The position numbers and the translations under genes were made by a program. A stretch of DNA of 64,000 bases, taken from positions 2,603 to 66,602 of the forward strand of contig JBCBNT010000003.1 of NCBI GenBank assembly GCA_039821685.1, in the 5' to 3' direction. Source of the stretch: Planctomycetota bacterium. Its GTDB lineage: Bacteria > Planctomycetota > Phycisphaerae > Phycisphaerales > UBA1924. The notes under the pieces were generated by a model. That model saw nothing but the letters and a program-made list of their open reading frames with translations. It was not told where the DNA came from and ran no database searches. Shown here in pieces: positions 8,667 through 16,627 of the stretch; within the stretch, counting starts at the first letter, position 1; every line of letters starts with the position of its first letter.

Positions 8667-9481
8667 CCCCGTTCGCTGTCACGTTCGATCCGGTCTCGAA
8701 GCCGATCGATCGATGCGTGCACGTTCGACATCAGCCCGCCCCCCGGCAGCGATCGGAGCGATTGCACGAGCGCCGGGATAGCCTCACACCGAAGACTACC
8801 GCGGGCACGGGCCGGGTCGGCGTTCGTCGCGTCCACTCTGGGCCTGACCCCAAATGCCCGGCACACCTGCGCCGGGAGCTCCGGCTCGGTACGGAGCATC
8901 GGGCGGATCACGGTCACGCCGTCTTCGATCGCTGGACGAGACTCGTGGATCCCGAGCAGCGCGGCCGGGGACGCGCCGCGCCCCATCGCGAGCAACACCG
9001 TTTCGAGCTGGTCACCACCGTGGTGCGCGGTCGCCAGCCAGCCGCAGCCTTCGCGGCGCGCGAGCCGGCTGAGAGCACGGTACCGCGCATCCCTTGCCTC
9101 ATGCTCCGCGTTTCCGCCCGAAATCGAAACATGCTCAGTGACGACACGGGCGCCGAGCAGTCTGCCGAGACGGAGCACCGCCGCACGATCGTCGTGCACA
9201 AGCTCGGCCGGACGCAGATCGTGCTGCACGGTTGCGAGAACCACACGGGGAGCGTCGAGCGTGCCGAGAGCAATCGCGAGCGCCATCGAGTCGGCGCCGC
9301 CGGAGATTCCGATGAGTGTCGACCGTGCCGGGTCGGGGGTCGCGTCTCCGCCCGTCAAACGCCGCCAAGCCCGCCGCACGTCACGGATCCATGCCCCGAC
9401 CAGCGAGTTCTCCGATTCATGACCCACGCCCAATCGTAGCGGCAGCCGCGAGGTATCCTGTACCCATGGCGCCCACCGCAA
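8597..9481 (-). CDS. tilS: tRNA(Ile)-lysidine synthetase (short form)
   Basis: It has the PP-loop LIGISGGADSMAL, the motif ATAHHGGDQLETVLL, and IRPMLR. The exact start is uncertain because the upstream part of the ORF overlaps the next plus-strand gene. Confidence 0.8.
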   Translation of the reverse strand: MRWAPWVQDTSRLPLRLGVGHESENSLVGAWIRDVRRAWRRLTGGDATPDPARSTLIGISGGADSMALAIALGTLDAPRVVLATVQHDLRPAELVHDDRAAVLRLGRLLGARVVTEHVSISGGNAEHEARDARYRALSRLARREGCGWLATAHHGGDQLETVLLAMGRGASPAALLGIHESRPAIEDGVTVIRPMLRTEPELPAQVCRAFGVRPRVDATNADPARARGSLRCEAIPALVQSLRSLPGGGLMSNVHASIDRLRDRIERDSERGQDPSRDRSSSSSESRPDASSTE

Positions 9482-10038
9482 CTCAGGCGAACGATCTGAC
9501 GCCCTCTCAGGAAAGCTCCGGAGCAGTTCCGGGCGAGCGGTCTCGCGAGACGGGCGAGCAGATGCTGCCCAGCGTGCTCCTCGCCGCCGCCGTGGTGCTC
9601 CTGATTATCGTGGTGCTCGGGAAGTCGCGTCGAAAGGCGATCGCCCGTTCGCAAGAGATCGTGCCGACGCCGCAGGAAAGGCTTGCGGATCTCCGGCAGC
9701 GGGCCGCGAACGACGCGGGCATCGAAGCGCGCGTCGCGCACGCCGCCGATCAGATCCGCGAGCTCACGGCCGTGCTCGATACACGCATCGCCACACTCGA
9801 CGCGCTGATCCAGCAGGCAGACGAACGCATCGATGCTCTGAGCAACCGCTCCACCCCAACGGCTCATACAGCACGGGGAAAGACGCCAGAGCACACACCG
9901 ACGAGCTCCCAGGGGGACCAGCAGCGGTCGGCGATTTATGAGCTGGCCGATCAGGGCCTCGCGGCACCAGAAATCGCGGCAAGGCTCGGCCAGCACGCCG
10001 GAAAGGTCGAGCTCATCCTCGCTCTGCGTCGCGCCTGA
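9466..10038 (+). CDS. Hypothetical single-pass membrane protein with a coiled-coil region and a C-terminal HTH-like (DUF2802-like) segment
   Basis: The ATG at 9466 gives MAPTATQ... It has the TM segment MLPSVLLAAAVVLLIIVVLG. The C-terminus reads SAIYELADQGLAAPEIAARLGQHAGKVELILALRRA. No catalytic motif was recognised. Confidence 0.5.
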   Translation: MAPTATQANDLTPSQESSGAVPGERSRETGEQMLPSVLLAAAVVLLIIVVLGKSRRKAIARSQEIVPTPQERLADLRQRAANDAGIEARVAHAADQIRELTAVLDTRIATLDALIQQADERIDALSNRSTPTAHTARGKTPEHTPTSSQGDQQRSAIYELADQGLAAPEIAARLGQHAGKVELILALRRA

Positions 10039-10981
10039 CCGCGTCGAGCGCGAGCAGCTCGAAGGCGATGTGGGCCGCGAGCAGGGCCGTGTTGCCCGCG
10101 ACATCACGATCGGGCAGCACCTCGACCACGTCCGCGCCGATCAGGTTGAGCCCGCGGAGCCGCCGGATCAATCCGAGGGCATCGGCCGACGTCATACCGC
10201 CCACGCTCGGCGTTCCCGTCCCCGGCGCATAGGCCGGATCGATGCAGTCGATATCAAAGCTCACGTAGCACGGCGCGCCGGCGAGATCGCTCGCGAACTC
10301 CGTGAGCCTCGCCGGCCCTCGCTCGGCGAGCTCGGGCTGGGTGATCACCTCGATGCCCTGTGCCTGGGCGTACTCCAGATCATCACCCGAGTTGAGCGGC
10401 CCCTTGATGCCAACCGAGAGCATCCGCGCCGGGTCGAGCACGCCGTCTTCGATAAGCCGCCGGAAGGGCGTGGCATGGTTCCACCGCTCGCCCCACACCG
10501 AGTCGAGCGTGTCCATGTGGCTATCGAAATGCACGCACGCCAGCCCTGAAGCCGGAGAACCCGCCCGCTGCCACGCCGCGGTCATGCCCGCGTAGACGAT
10601 CGAGTGGTCGCCCCCCAGCACGAGCAGGCGGTCGGCATCGAGGCCCGCCGCGTGATCGATCACGCCATCGAGCGTCTTCTTGACGCTGTAAGGAAGCACC
10701 GGCGCATCGCCGGCATCGGCGAGCGAGAGCACACCGGGAACGTCAATCCCGTGCTCGATCGAGTAGTGCTTCAGATACTGCGACTGCTCGCGGATCGCAC
10801 GGGGCCCAAACCGGGCACCGGGCCGGTAGGTCACGCCACCGTCGAACGGCACCCCGAGGATCGCCCAGTCGGGGCGGCCATCGGCGTCGCTCAGCGTTGG
10901 ATAGCGGCCGAAGGTCGACAGCCCCCCGAACCGCGGCTGCACGCGCGCATCGGGCAGTCGCGTCCGGCGATCCGGGCTCAC
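10013..10981 (-). CDS. Arginase/agmatinase-family ureohydrolase (agmatinase or guanidino-acid hydrolase-like)
   Basis: Motifs: GVPFDGGVTYRPGARFGPRAIRE, LVLGGDHSI, VHFDSHMDT and SFDIDCIDPAYAPGTGTP. These are the Mn-binding signatures. The GTG start overlaps the astD stop (GTGA at 10978-10981). Confidence 0.88.
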   Translation of the reverse strand: MSPDRRTRLPDARVQPRFGGLSTFGRYPTLSDADGRPDWAILGVPFDGGVTYRPGARFGPRAIREQSQYLKHYSIEHGIDVPGVLSLADAGDAPVLPYSVKKTLDGVIDHAAGLDADRLLVLGGDHSIVYAGMTAAWQRAGSPASGLACVHFDSHMDTLDSVWGERWNHATPFRRLIEDGVLDPARMLSVGIKGPLNSGDDLEYAQAQGIEVITQPELAERGPARLTEFASDLAGAPCYVSFDIDCIDPAYAPGTGTPSVGGMTSADALGLIRRLRGLNLIGADVVEVLPDRDVAGNTALLAAHIAFELLALDAVRRDAERG

Positions 10982-12537
10982 GAGCCGATCCAGTCGTCTT
11001 TGACGAGCATGCCCTGCGGCACGCCGGCGCCGTCGCTCGACTCGACCATGCTCGCCACGGGCATCGCCGTGTAATCAAGGCTGAACGATCCCGCGGGGCG
11101 GTGATTCCCCGACAGCCCGAGCCCGCCAAATGGCAGCTTGCTGCTCGCACCCGCCGTGCCCGTATTCACGTTCACGCACCCCGCCCGTGCTTCAGCGAGG
11201 AACCTCGCCCGAGACTCGGGATCGGTCGTGAAGATCGAGGATGCCAGGCCGAACCTCGTCGCGTTCGCCTGCTCGATCGCGTCGTCGAGCGACCCGACCC
11301 GGCAGACGCGCAGGAGCGGGCCGAACACCTCGAGGTCGCAGCCGGCATCGCGGGATTCGTCCGCGACAAACCGCTCGATCTCGAGCACGCCGGGCGTGAC
11401 GTAGTACCCGTCATCGCCCTCGGCATCGAGCGACCTGGTCGTGCTCGCGAGAAGCGTGGTCGCGCCGTCTTCGACCAGGCGTTCCTGAAACGCGAGCACG
11501 GCATCGCGGGCATCGGCCGACACGATGGGCCCCATAAACACGGGGTGCTCCGACCGCGGGTGCGCGACGACCAGGTTGCCCGCGATCTTGCACACCGCCG
11601 CCACGAATTGATCCGCGACCGACTCGTGCACGATCAGCCGACGCGTGCAGGTGCAGCGCTGCCCGGTGGTGATGAACGCCCCACGCGTGACCTCGATCGC
11701 CGCCTGACGCATGTTCGCATCGGGCATCACGATCGCGGGGTTGTTCCCGCCCATCTCGAGCGCGACGATGCGGCCGGGCCGATCAAGGTTGCTCTCCAGT
11801 ATCTTCCGCCCGACGGGCCAGGAGCCTGTGAACAGGATCCCGTCGATCCCGGCGTGCGTCGTGAGCCTGATCGCCGTCTCGGGTCCGCCCTGCACGAGGT
11901 TGACCACGCCAGCGGGAGCGCCCTCGGCGCGGAGCGCTTCGTCGAGCATCTCTACAAGCGCCTGCCCGACCGCCGGGGTCTTCTCGCTCGGCTTGAAAAC
12001 AACGGTATTGCCGGTCGCGAGTGCAGGAATGATGTGCCCGTTCGGCAGATGGGCCGGGAAGTTGTACGGGCCGATCACCGCCATCACGCCGTGCGGCCGG
12101 AACGAACACCGGCCCGTCCGCGTGTCGGTCAGCGGCACGTCGTACCCTGTCACCCGCCTCAGACCGCCGTGCTCGGAATCATCGAGCGTGATATCGACCT
12201 TGCCAGCCAAGATGCCCGCCTCGGCCATGGAATCCCACATCGCCTTGCCCGTCTCATCGCAGATGAGCGAACCGAGCGAGTCCTTCCTCTCGGCGCACAA
12301 CGCCTGATACCGCCGCAGGACGGCGATCCGCCGCTCCATCGGCCAGCGGGCCCACACGCGCCCCGCCGCCGAGGCCGAGGCCACCGCCTGATCGACGTGG
12401 TCGATGTTCGGATCAAACCCGTAAATCGTCTCGGCGGGGCGCGCCGGGTTCAGAGACCGGATGCCGTCGCCTCTGATCGAACGGAACTCGCCACCGATCA
12501 GATCACTCGGCTCGTTCTGCAACGCTGGATGGTTCAT
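10978..12537 (-). CDS. astD: N-succinylglutamate 5-semialdehyde dehydrogenase-like aldehyde dehydrogenase
   Basis: It has the ALDH fold with ..VALEMGGNNP.. and ..GQRCTCTRRL.. (catalytic Glu and Cys motifs). The N-terminal region parallels AstD (..AAGRVWARWPMERRIAVLRRY..). It is adjacent to astA. Confidence 0.8.
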   Translation of the reverse strand: MNHPALQNEPSDLIGGEFRSIRGDGIRSLNPARPAETIYGFDPNIDHVDQAVASASAAGRVWARWPMERRIAVLRRYQALCAERKDSLGSLICDETGKAMWDSMAEAGILAGKVDITLDDSEHGGLRRVTGYDVPLTDTRTGRCSFRPHGVMAVIGPYNFPAHLPNGHIIPALATGNTVVFKPSEKTPAVGQALVEMLDEALRAEGAPAGVVNLVQGGPETAIRLTTHAGIDGILFTGSWPVGRKILESNLDRPGRIVALEMGGNNPAIVMPDANMRQAAIEVTRGAFITTGQRCTCTRRLIVHESVADQFVAAVCKIAGNLVVAHPRSEHPVFMGPIVSADARDAVLAFQERLVEDGATTLLASTTRSLDAEGDDGYYVTPGVLEIERFVADESRDAGCDLEVFGPLLRVCRVGSLDDAIEQANATRFGLASSIFTTDPESRARFLAEARAGCVNVNTGTAGASSKLPFGGLGLSGNHRPAGSFSLDYTAMPVASMVESSDGAGVPQGMLVKDDWIGS

Positions 12538-12576
12538 GCACGCTCCCGCGACGCGACACGCCGCCCTTTGAATAGA

Positions 12577-13770
12577 TCATCTTTTCGAAACGGCCTTGCT
12601 CTGCTTGTCCCGGCGAGGACGCCGCTTTGATGGAGGCTTCGATGGCGGGCCCTTCGCCGGAATCAGCGGAGTCACACCGACGACCGCGCCCAAATCGGCA
12701 CCGAGGATGCGGGTCGCATCCGCCGTCAGCGAGATGGTCTCCCCGCGGATGAGCGCCAGCTCATCGACCGCTCGGAACTCGCCGTCGCTATCGAGGGTGC
12801 TCACGATGCACGGCATCTTGCAACGGCTCTCCGCGACCGGCCTGCCCAGGGTCATCCGCGTGGTGTCCCGCACCGGCGCGATGTCCTTGGTGATGCAGTC
12901 CAGGTACGGCCCCGCGTCGAACGGATCGACGAAGCCCCTGAACTCGAAGCCGAGCCGCTCGAGCATCCGCCGAGCCGGCTTCGTGTCCTCGCCGACCTCG
13001 CCGATGCCGGCCCGCACGTTCGGCGGCAGCAGGCTCAGGTAGATCGGCTCTCGAGGCAGCAGGCTCGTGATGAATTCGCGGCTGTACTGGCAGAAGCGGT
13101 CCGCTTCCTCGTAGCTGAGCGGGATGAACCGCCTGCCCAGGTAATCCCAGACCAGGTTCTGCCCGTCGCTCGAGATCGGGGCCATCATCTCGGCGAGCAC
13201 CCTGTCGGCGAACCGCCGCGGGTGCAGCCCCATCATGTGGAAGCGCACGAGGCTCAGAAATCTGCCCAATTTCTTCGGGTGCCCGCGGTAACTCGGCTGC
13301 AGGATCAGCCCGCCGATCTCCGTGGGGCCCGATTCATCGAGATGCAGCTCTGCGACCATGTGCTTCGTGCCGGTCTGCAGCGCCGTCGAAAAGAAATCCC
13401 GCTCGCTGAGCCGGAACGAGACCTGCGGGTTGCCGGGCCCGCCCATCCGGCTGATGACCTGGCTTGTCCCGAGCACGGCGCCACTCTCGGTATCCTCGAG
13501 CACATACATAAACAGATCGCTCTCGTTCGTCGAGGCGCCAAACCCTGCGAGCTTTCCGTTTGATGAAGGCGCCGCCGACACCGTCGCCGGCACCGCATCG
13601 GGCTTCGGCTTCCGGCGGCTGCCGCAGACCTTCAGGAACGAGTTGCGGCTGTGCACGATCTTGGCCTGCACGATGTCCTTGTCGGGCGGCAGGTTGATGA
13701 AGTGGACCATCTTCGCCAGCTTCAGCAGCGTCGGCGCGTCGTCCAGCTTGGCTCGTCTGATGCGGAACAC
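12577..13770 (-). CDS. astA: Arginine N-succinyltransferase
   Basis: AstA-like blocks: MFRIRRAKLDDAPTLLKLA, YVLEDTESGAVLGTSQV, TEIGGLILQPSYRG, VLAEMMAPISSDGQNLVWDYLGRRF and PARRMLERLGFEFRGFVDPFDAGP. It has an extra basic C-terminal tail. Confidence 0.85.
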   Translation of the reverse strand: MFRIRRAKLDDAPTLLKLAKMVHFINLPPDKDIVQAKIVHSRNSFLKVCGSRRKPKPDAVPATVSAAPSSNGKLAGFGASTNESDLFMYVLEDTESGAVLGTSQVISRMGGPGNPQVSFRLSERDFFSTALQTGTKHMVAELHLDESGPTEIGGLILQPSYRGHPKKLGRFLSLVRFHMMGLHPRRFADRVLAEMMAPISSDGQNLVWDYLGRRFIPLSYEEADRFCQYSREFITSLLPREPIYLSLLPPNVRAGIGEVGEDTKPARRMLERLGFEFRGFVDPFDAGPYLDCITKDIAPVRDTTRMTLGRPVAESRCKMPCIVSTLDSDGEFRAVDELALIRGETISLTADATRILGADLGAVVGVTPLIPAKGPPSKPPSKRRPRRDKQSKAVSKR

Positions 13771-13875
13771 GGGTCACCTCCGATGAGGTTCGTTGCGGCG
13801 CGTCGTTCGTGACTCCCGCCCGACTCTCGAGCAGTGAAGCCGCGGGGACTCCGCCAGACCCGCCGATCACACTGC

Positions 13876-15330
13876 CTAGCCAGCAGCCTTGGCCAGCCCC
13901 CGCTCGATGCACTCGAAGACCCTCGGCCAGTCCGCGACATCCATCGCGCCCAGCGGCGGGAGCATCCGCACGTGGTACGGGCCGTGGCCGCACCAGAACA
14001 AGATCACACCCTCGTCGAAGCACGCCTTGCACGCCGCGGCGATCTTGGCCTTGTCGCCGCCGAAAGGCGTGAACCGCATCATGCCGCCGATGCCGGCGCC
14101 CGCGACGTCGCCGCCCGCGAACCGCGCGTCGGGGAACCAGTCCGGATGCCGGCTCTTCAGCCCCTGAACCTGCTCGCGGAACGCCGCATGGTGCTTGGCG
14201 ATCGAGCCGGACTCGCCGTAGTAATCCCCGTCGCGCAGAAGCTCGAGGATCCGCGTACCGACGGCGAAGTCCTGCCCTGCACCGGTGAACGTGCCCGACA
14301 GCAGGCCGCCGCGCGGGTTGTACTCCTCGGTATAGAGCGTCGCACACGCCTGGGTCATCTTGCCGACGCAGAAGACGTCGACGTAGTCGCCAAGGTCGTA
14401 CGTCTCATAGGCAAACATCTCACCGGTGCGGCCGAAGGACTGGATCTCGTCGTCCCAGACGGCGATCCCGTTGTCCTTGCAGATGTCCATCAGCGCCGTG
14501 AAGAACTCCCGCGGCGCGGTGTTGAACCCGCCCTCGCCCTGCACGAGCTCAAAGATAAAGCACGCGTGCATCTTCGGGTAGCGGTCGATCGCCTGCTGCA
14601 AGCGCCAGCACGCGTGATCGATGAACTTCGTCTTGCCTCCGACCAGCTCCGCCGCCTCGTCGTTCCAGAACGGCATGTAGTCGACCTGCGTCGTAAGCGG
14701 GATCCCGTCGCGGCCCGCGGCCGAATCGCCGATCTGGCACATCGTCACGCTGCGACCCATGAAGCAGTGCTTGAACGCGAGCACCCGGCTCGCCGGGAAG
14801 TTCTTCTGGTAGCACACCTTGATCGCGCTCTCGTTCGCCATCGCGCCCGACGTGGTGATGAAGGCATGCTTCAGGTTGCTCTTCCGCTGCGCGAGCTCGA
14901 GGAGCGTCTCACCGAACCGGTACGCCTCGAAGCCCGATTGCAGGTTGCCGTGCTTGGCGACGTCCTCCATCGACCACGCGACGGACGCCCGGACCAGCTC
15001 CGGGTGCGAATGACCGAAGAAGTGCACACCGATGCCGGAGATCATGTCCCACTTCACGCTGCCGTCCGCGAGCTCGACGAGGGGGCCGTTGCCGAGACCC
15101 GAGCCGATGTAGGGGTACAGCAGCCCCCGGCCCTTGACCTCGGCGGCCCGGGCCATCAACGCCTCGTAGTCCTCCGAAGCGCCGTCTCGCGGACCGCGGG
15201 CGTCCGTGATGCCAGCGGAGAGCTCGCCGACACGCGACGCGATCGCATCGACCGCCGCGACGATCGCCGGATCGGTCGCGAGCTGGGAACCGATGCTGTG
15301 CCCGGTGGTCGCCTGTGTCATCTCGCTCAT
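13876..15330 (-). CDS. Class-III PLP-dependent aminotransferase (candidate succinylornithine/omega-amino acid transaminase)
   Basis: It has the class-III pattern: ..VELADGSVKWDMISGIGVHFFGHSHPELV.., ..TTSGAMANESAIK.., ..IAVWDDEIQSFGRTGEMFA... At 484 aa it is longer than canonical AstC/ArgD. Confidence 0.8.
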   Translation of the reverse strand: MSEMTQATTGHSIGSQLATDPAIVAAVDAIASRVGELSAGITDARGPRDGASEDYEALMARAAEVKGRGLLYPYIGSGLGNGPLVELADGSVKWDMISGIGVHFFGHSHPELVRASVAWSMEDVAKHGNLQSGFEAYRFGETLLELAQRKSNLKHAFITTSGAMANESAIKVCYQKNFPASRVLAFKHCFMGRSVTMCQIGDSAAGRDGIPLTTQVDYMPFWNDEAAELVGGKTKFIDHACWRLQQAIDRYPKMHACFIFELVQGEGGFNTAPREFFTALMDICKDNGIAVWDDEIQSFGRTGEMFAYETYDLGDYVDVFCVGKMTQACATLYTEEYNPRGGLLSGTFTGAGQDFAVGTRILELLRDGDYYGESGSIAKHHAAFREQVQGLKSRHPDWFPDARFAGGDVAGAGIGGMMRFTPFGGDKAKIAAACKACFDEGVILFWCGHGPYHVRMLPPLGAMDVADWPRVFECIERGLAKAAG

Positions 15331-15454
15331 GTCGATGTATCTCCTCTCGCCGTTCGAGGCCGAACCGCGGTATCAGCAGGCAATATCGGGCCGAAATCGG
15401 GGTGTATCAAGCGGCGCCCGACCACCGCGACCCGGAATCTTGCTCTGCCTGTCT

Positions 15455-16627
15455 TCATTGTTGGCTCAGCCGCCGAAGAAGAACAGCAAGAAGCTGGCAA
15501 CGCTCCACAAGGCTCGGCAGCTCGATCCATTCGTCGGGCGTGTGGAGCCCCCCGCCGCGGACGCCGAGCGTGTCGATCGTGGGAAGCCCGGCGTCCTGCA
15601 TGATGTTCCCGTCGCACACGCCGCCCGTCTTCGCGAACGGCAGACTCTGTCCAAGCGACTCGGCGGACGACCGCGCGAGCTCCGCAAGCCGCCGAGTCCC
15701 CTCGATCAGGGGCTTCGCAGGGCGGTTGAAGCTGCGATGCACGCGCACGGCCGGCAGCGATGGCCCCGACGTGGCGAGCGCGTCCAGCTCTCGCGCCAGC
15801 TCCTCGGCGACCTCGGGCTCGTGGAACCGCACGTTCCCCCACGCCCGTGCCTCATCGGGCACGGCGTTCGTCGCAGCACCGCCAGAGATCGGCCCGATGT
15901 TCACGATCTTGCCACGGTCCGCATCGGGCATCGCGCCGCACGCAACGATGACCTCGCCAAGCTTCGTCACCGCAGAAACACCCTCGGAAAACGCGCGGCC
16001 GACATGCGCGCTCCGGCCCTCGACCTCGACCATGAACTGCCCCGAGCCCGCCCGCTCGACTGCCAACTCGCCTCCCGCGAGCGCGGGCTCCAACGCGATG
16101 CCAAAGTCGTGCTCGCCGCTCGCGGCCCGCAACGCCCCGTCGGAGTGGTACGTCCCGGTCTCCTCGTCCGCGTTGAGAAAGAAGGACCAGCTGACGTGCT
16201 CGCCCACTTCGTGGAGCGCCTCGATCGCGTGCAGAGCGATCACGAGCCCGCCTTTCATATCGACGCAGCCGGGTCCCGTCGCCCTCGTGTCATCGACAAC
16301 CGTCAGGCTCCGGAAATCAGAAGCCGGATCGTGCACCGTATCAAGATGACCAGCGACCAGGACCCTCGGCCCCCGGCCCGCTGGCCCCTCGGTCAGCGAC
16401 GAACGCGGGATCGCGTCGTTGCCGCCCATCCACTCAGGACGAGGATTGCCCGGCGTGTACGAGGTTCGGCCACCCACGGCGTGCAGACGTTCGATAATCC
16501 GCTCGCGGGAGGCCTCGATCGCGTCGAGGTTGTTCCCACCGGTCGGGGTGTCGACGTGCCACCGCAGATCCTCGAAGAGCGCATCCCGACGCGCTTCAAT
16601 CGCCGCGATCAGGCGGTCATCGCTCAT
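15455..16627 (-). CDS. M20-family metallo-amidohydrolase (carboxypeptidase G2 / DapE / ArgE-like deacylase)
   Basis: Motifs: VLVAGHLDTVH, GPGCVDMKGGLV and FFLNADEETG. The start MSDDRLIAAIEAR (cat 16625-16627) overlaps the upstream stop as ATGA. Confidence 0.85.
   Translation of the reverse strand: MSDDRLIAAIEARRDALFEDLRWHVDTPTGGNNLDAIEASRERIIERLHAVGGRTSYTPGNPRPEWMGGNDAIPRSSLTEGPAGRGPRVLVAGHLDTVHDPASDFRSLTVVDDTRATGPGCVDMKGGLVIALHAIEALHEVGEHVSWSFFLNADEETGTYHSDGALRAASGEHDFGIALEPALAGGELAVERAGSGQFMVEVEGRSAHVGRAFSEGVSAVTKLGEVIVACGAMPDADRGKIVNIGPISGGAATNAVPDEARAWGNVRFHEPEVAEELARELDALATSGPSLPAVRVHRSFNRPAKPLIEGTRRLAELARSSAESLGQSLPFAKTGGVCDGNIMQDAGLPTIDTLGVRGGGLHTPDEWIELPSLVERCQLLAVLLRRLSQQ

Noticed and set aside
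10897-15603. Long plus-strand ORFs 10897..12630 (577 aa) and 13834..15603 (589 aa) opposite astD and the aminotransferase
   Set aside because: They are shadow frames of genes with clear ALDH and class-III aminotransferase motifs.
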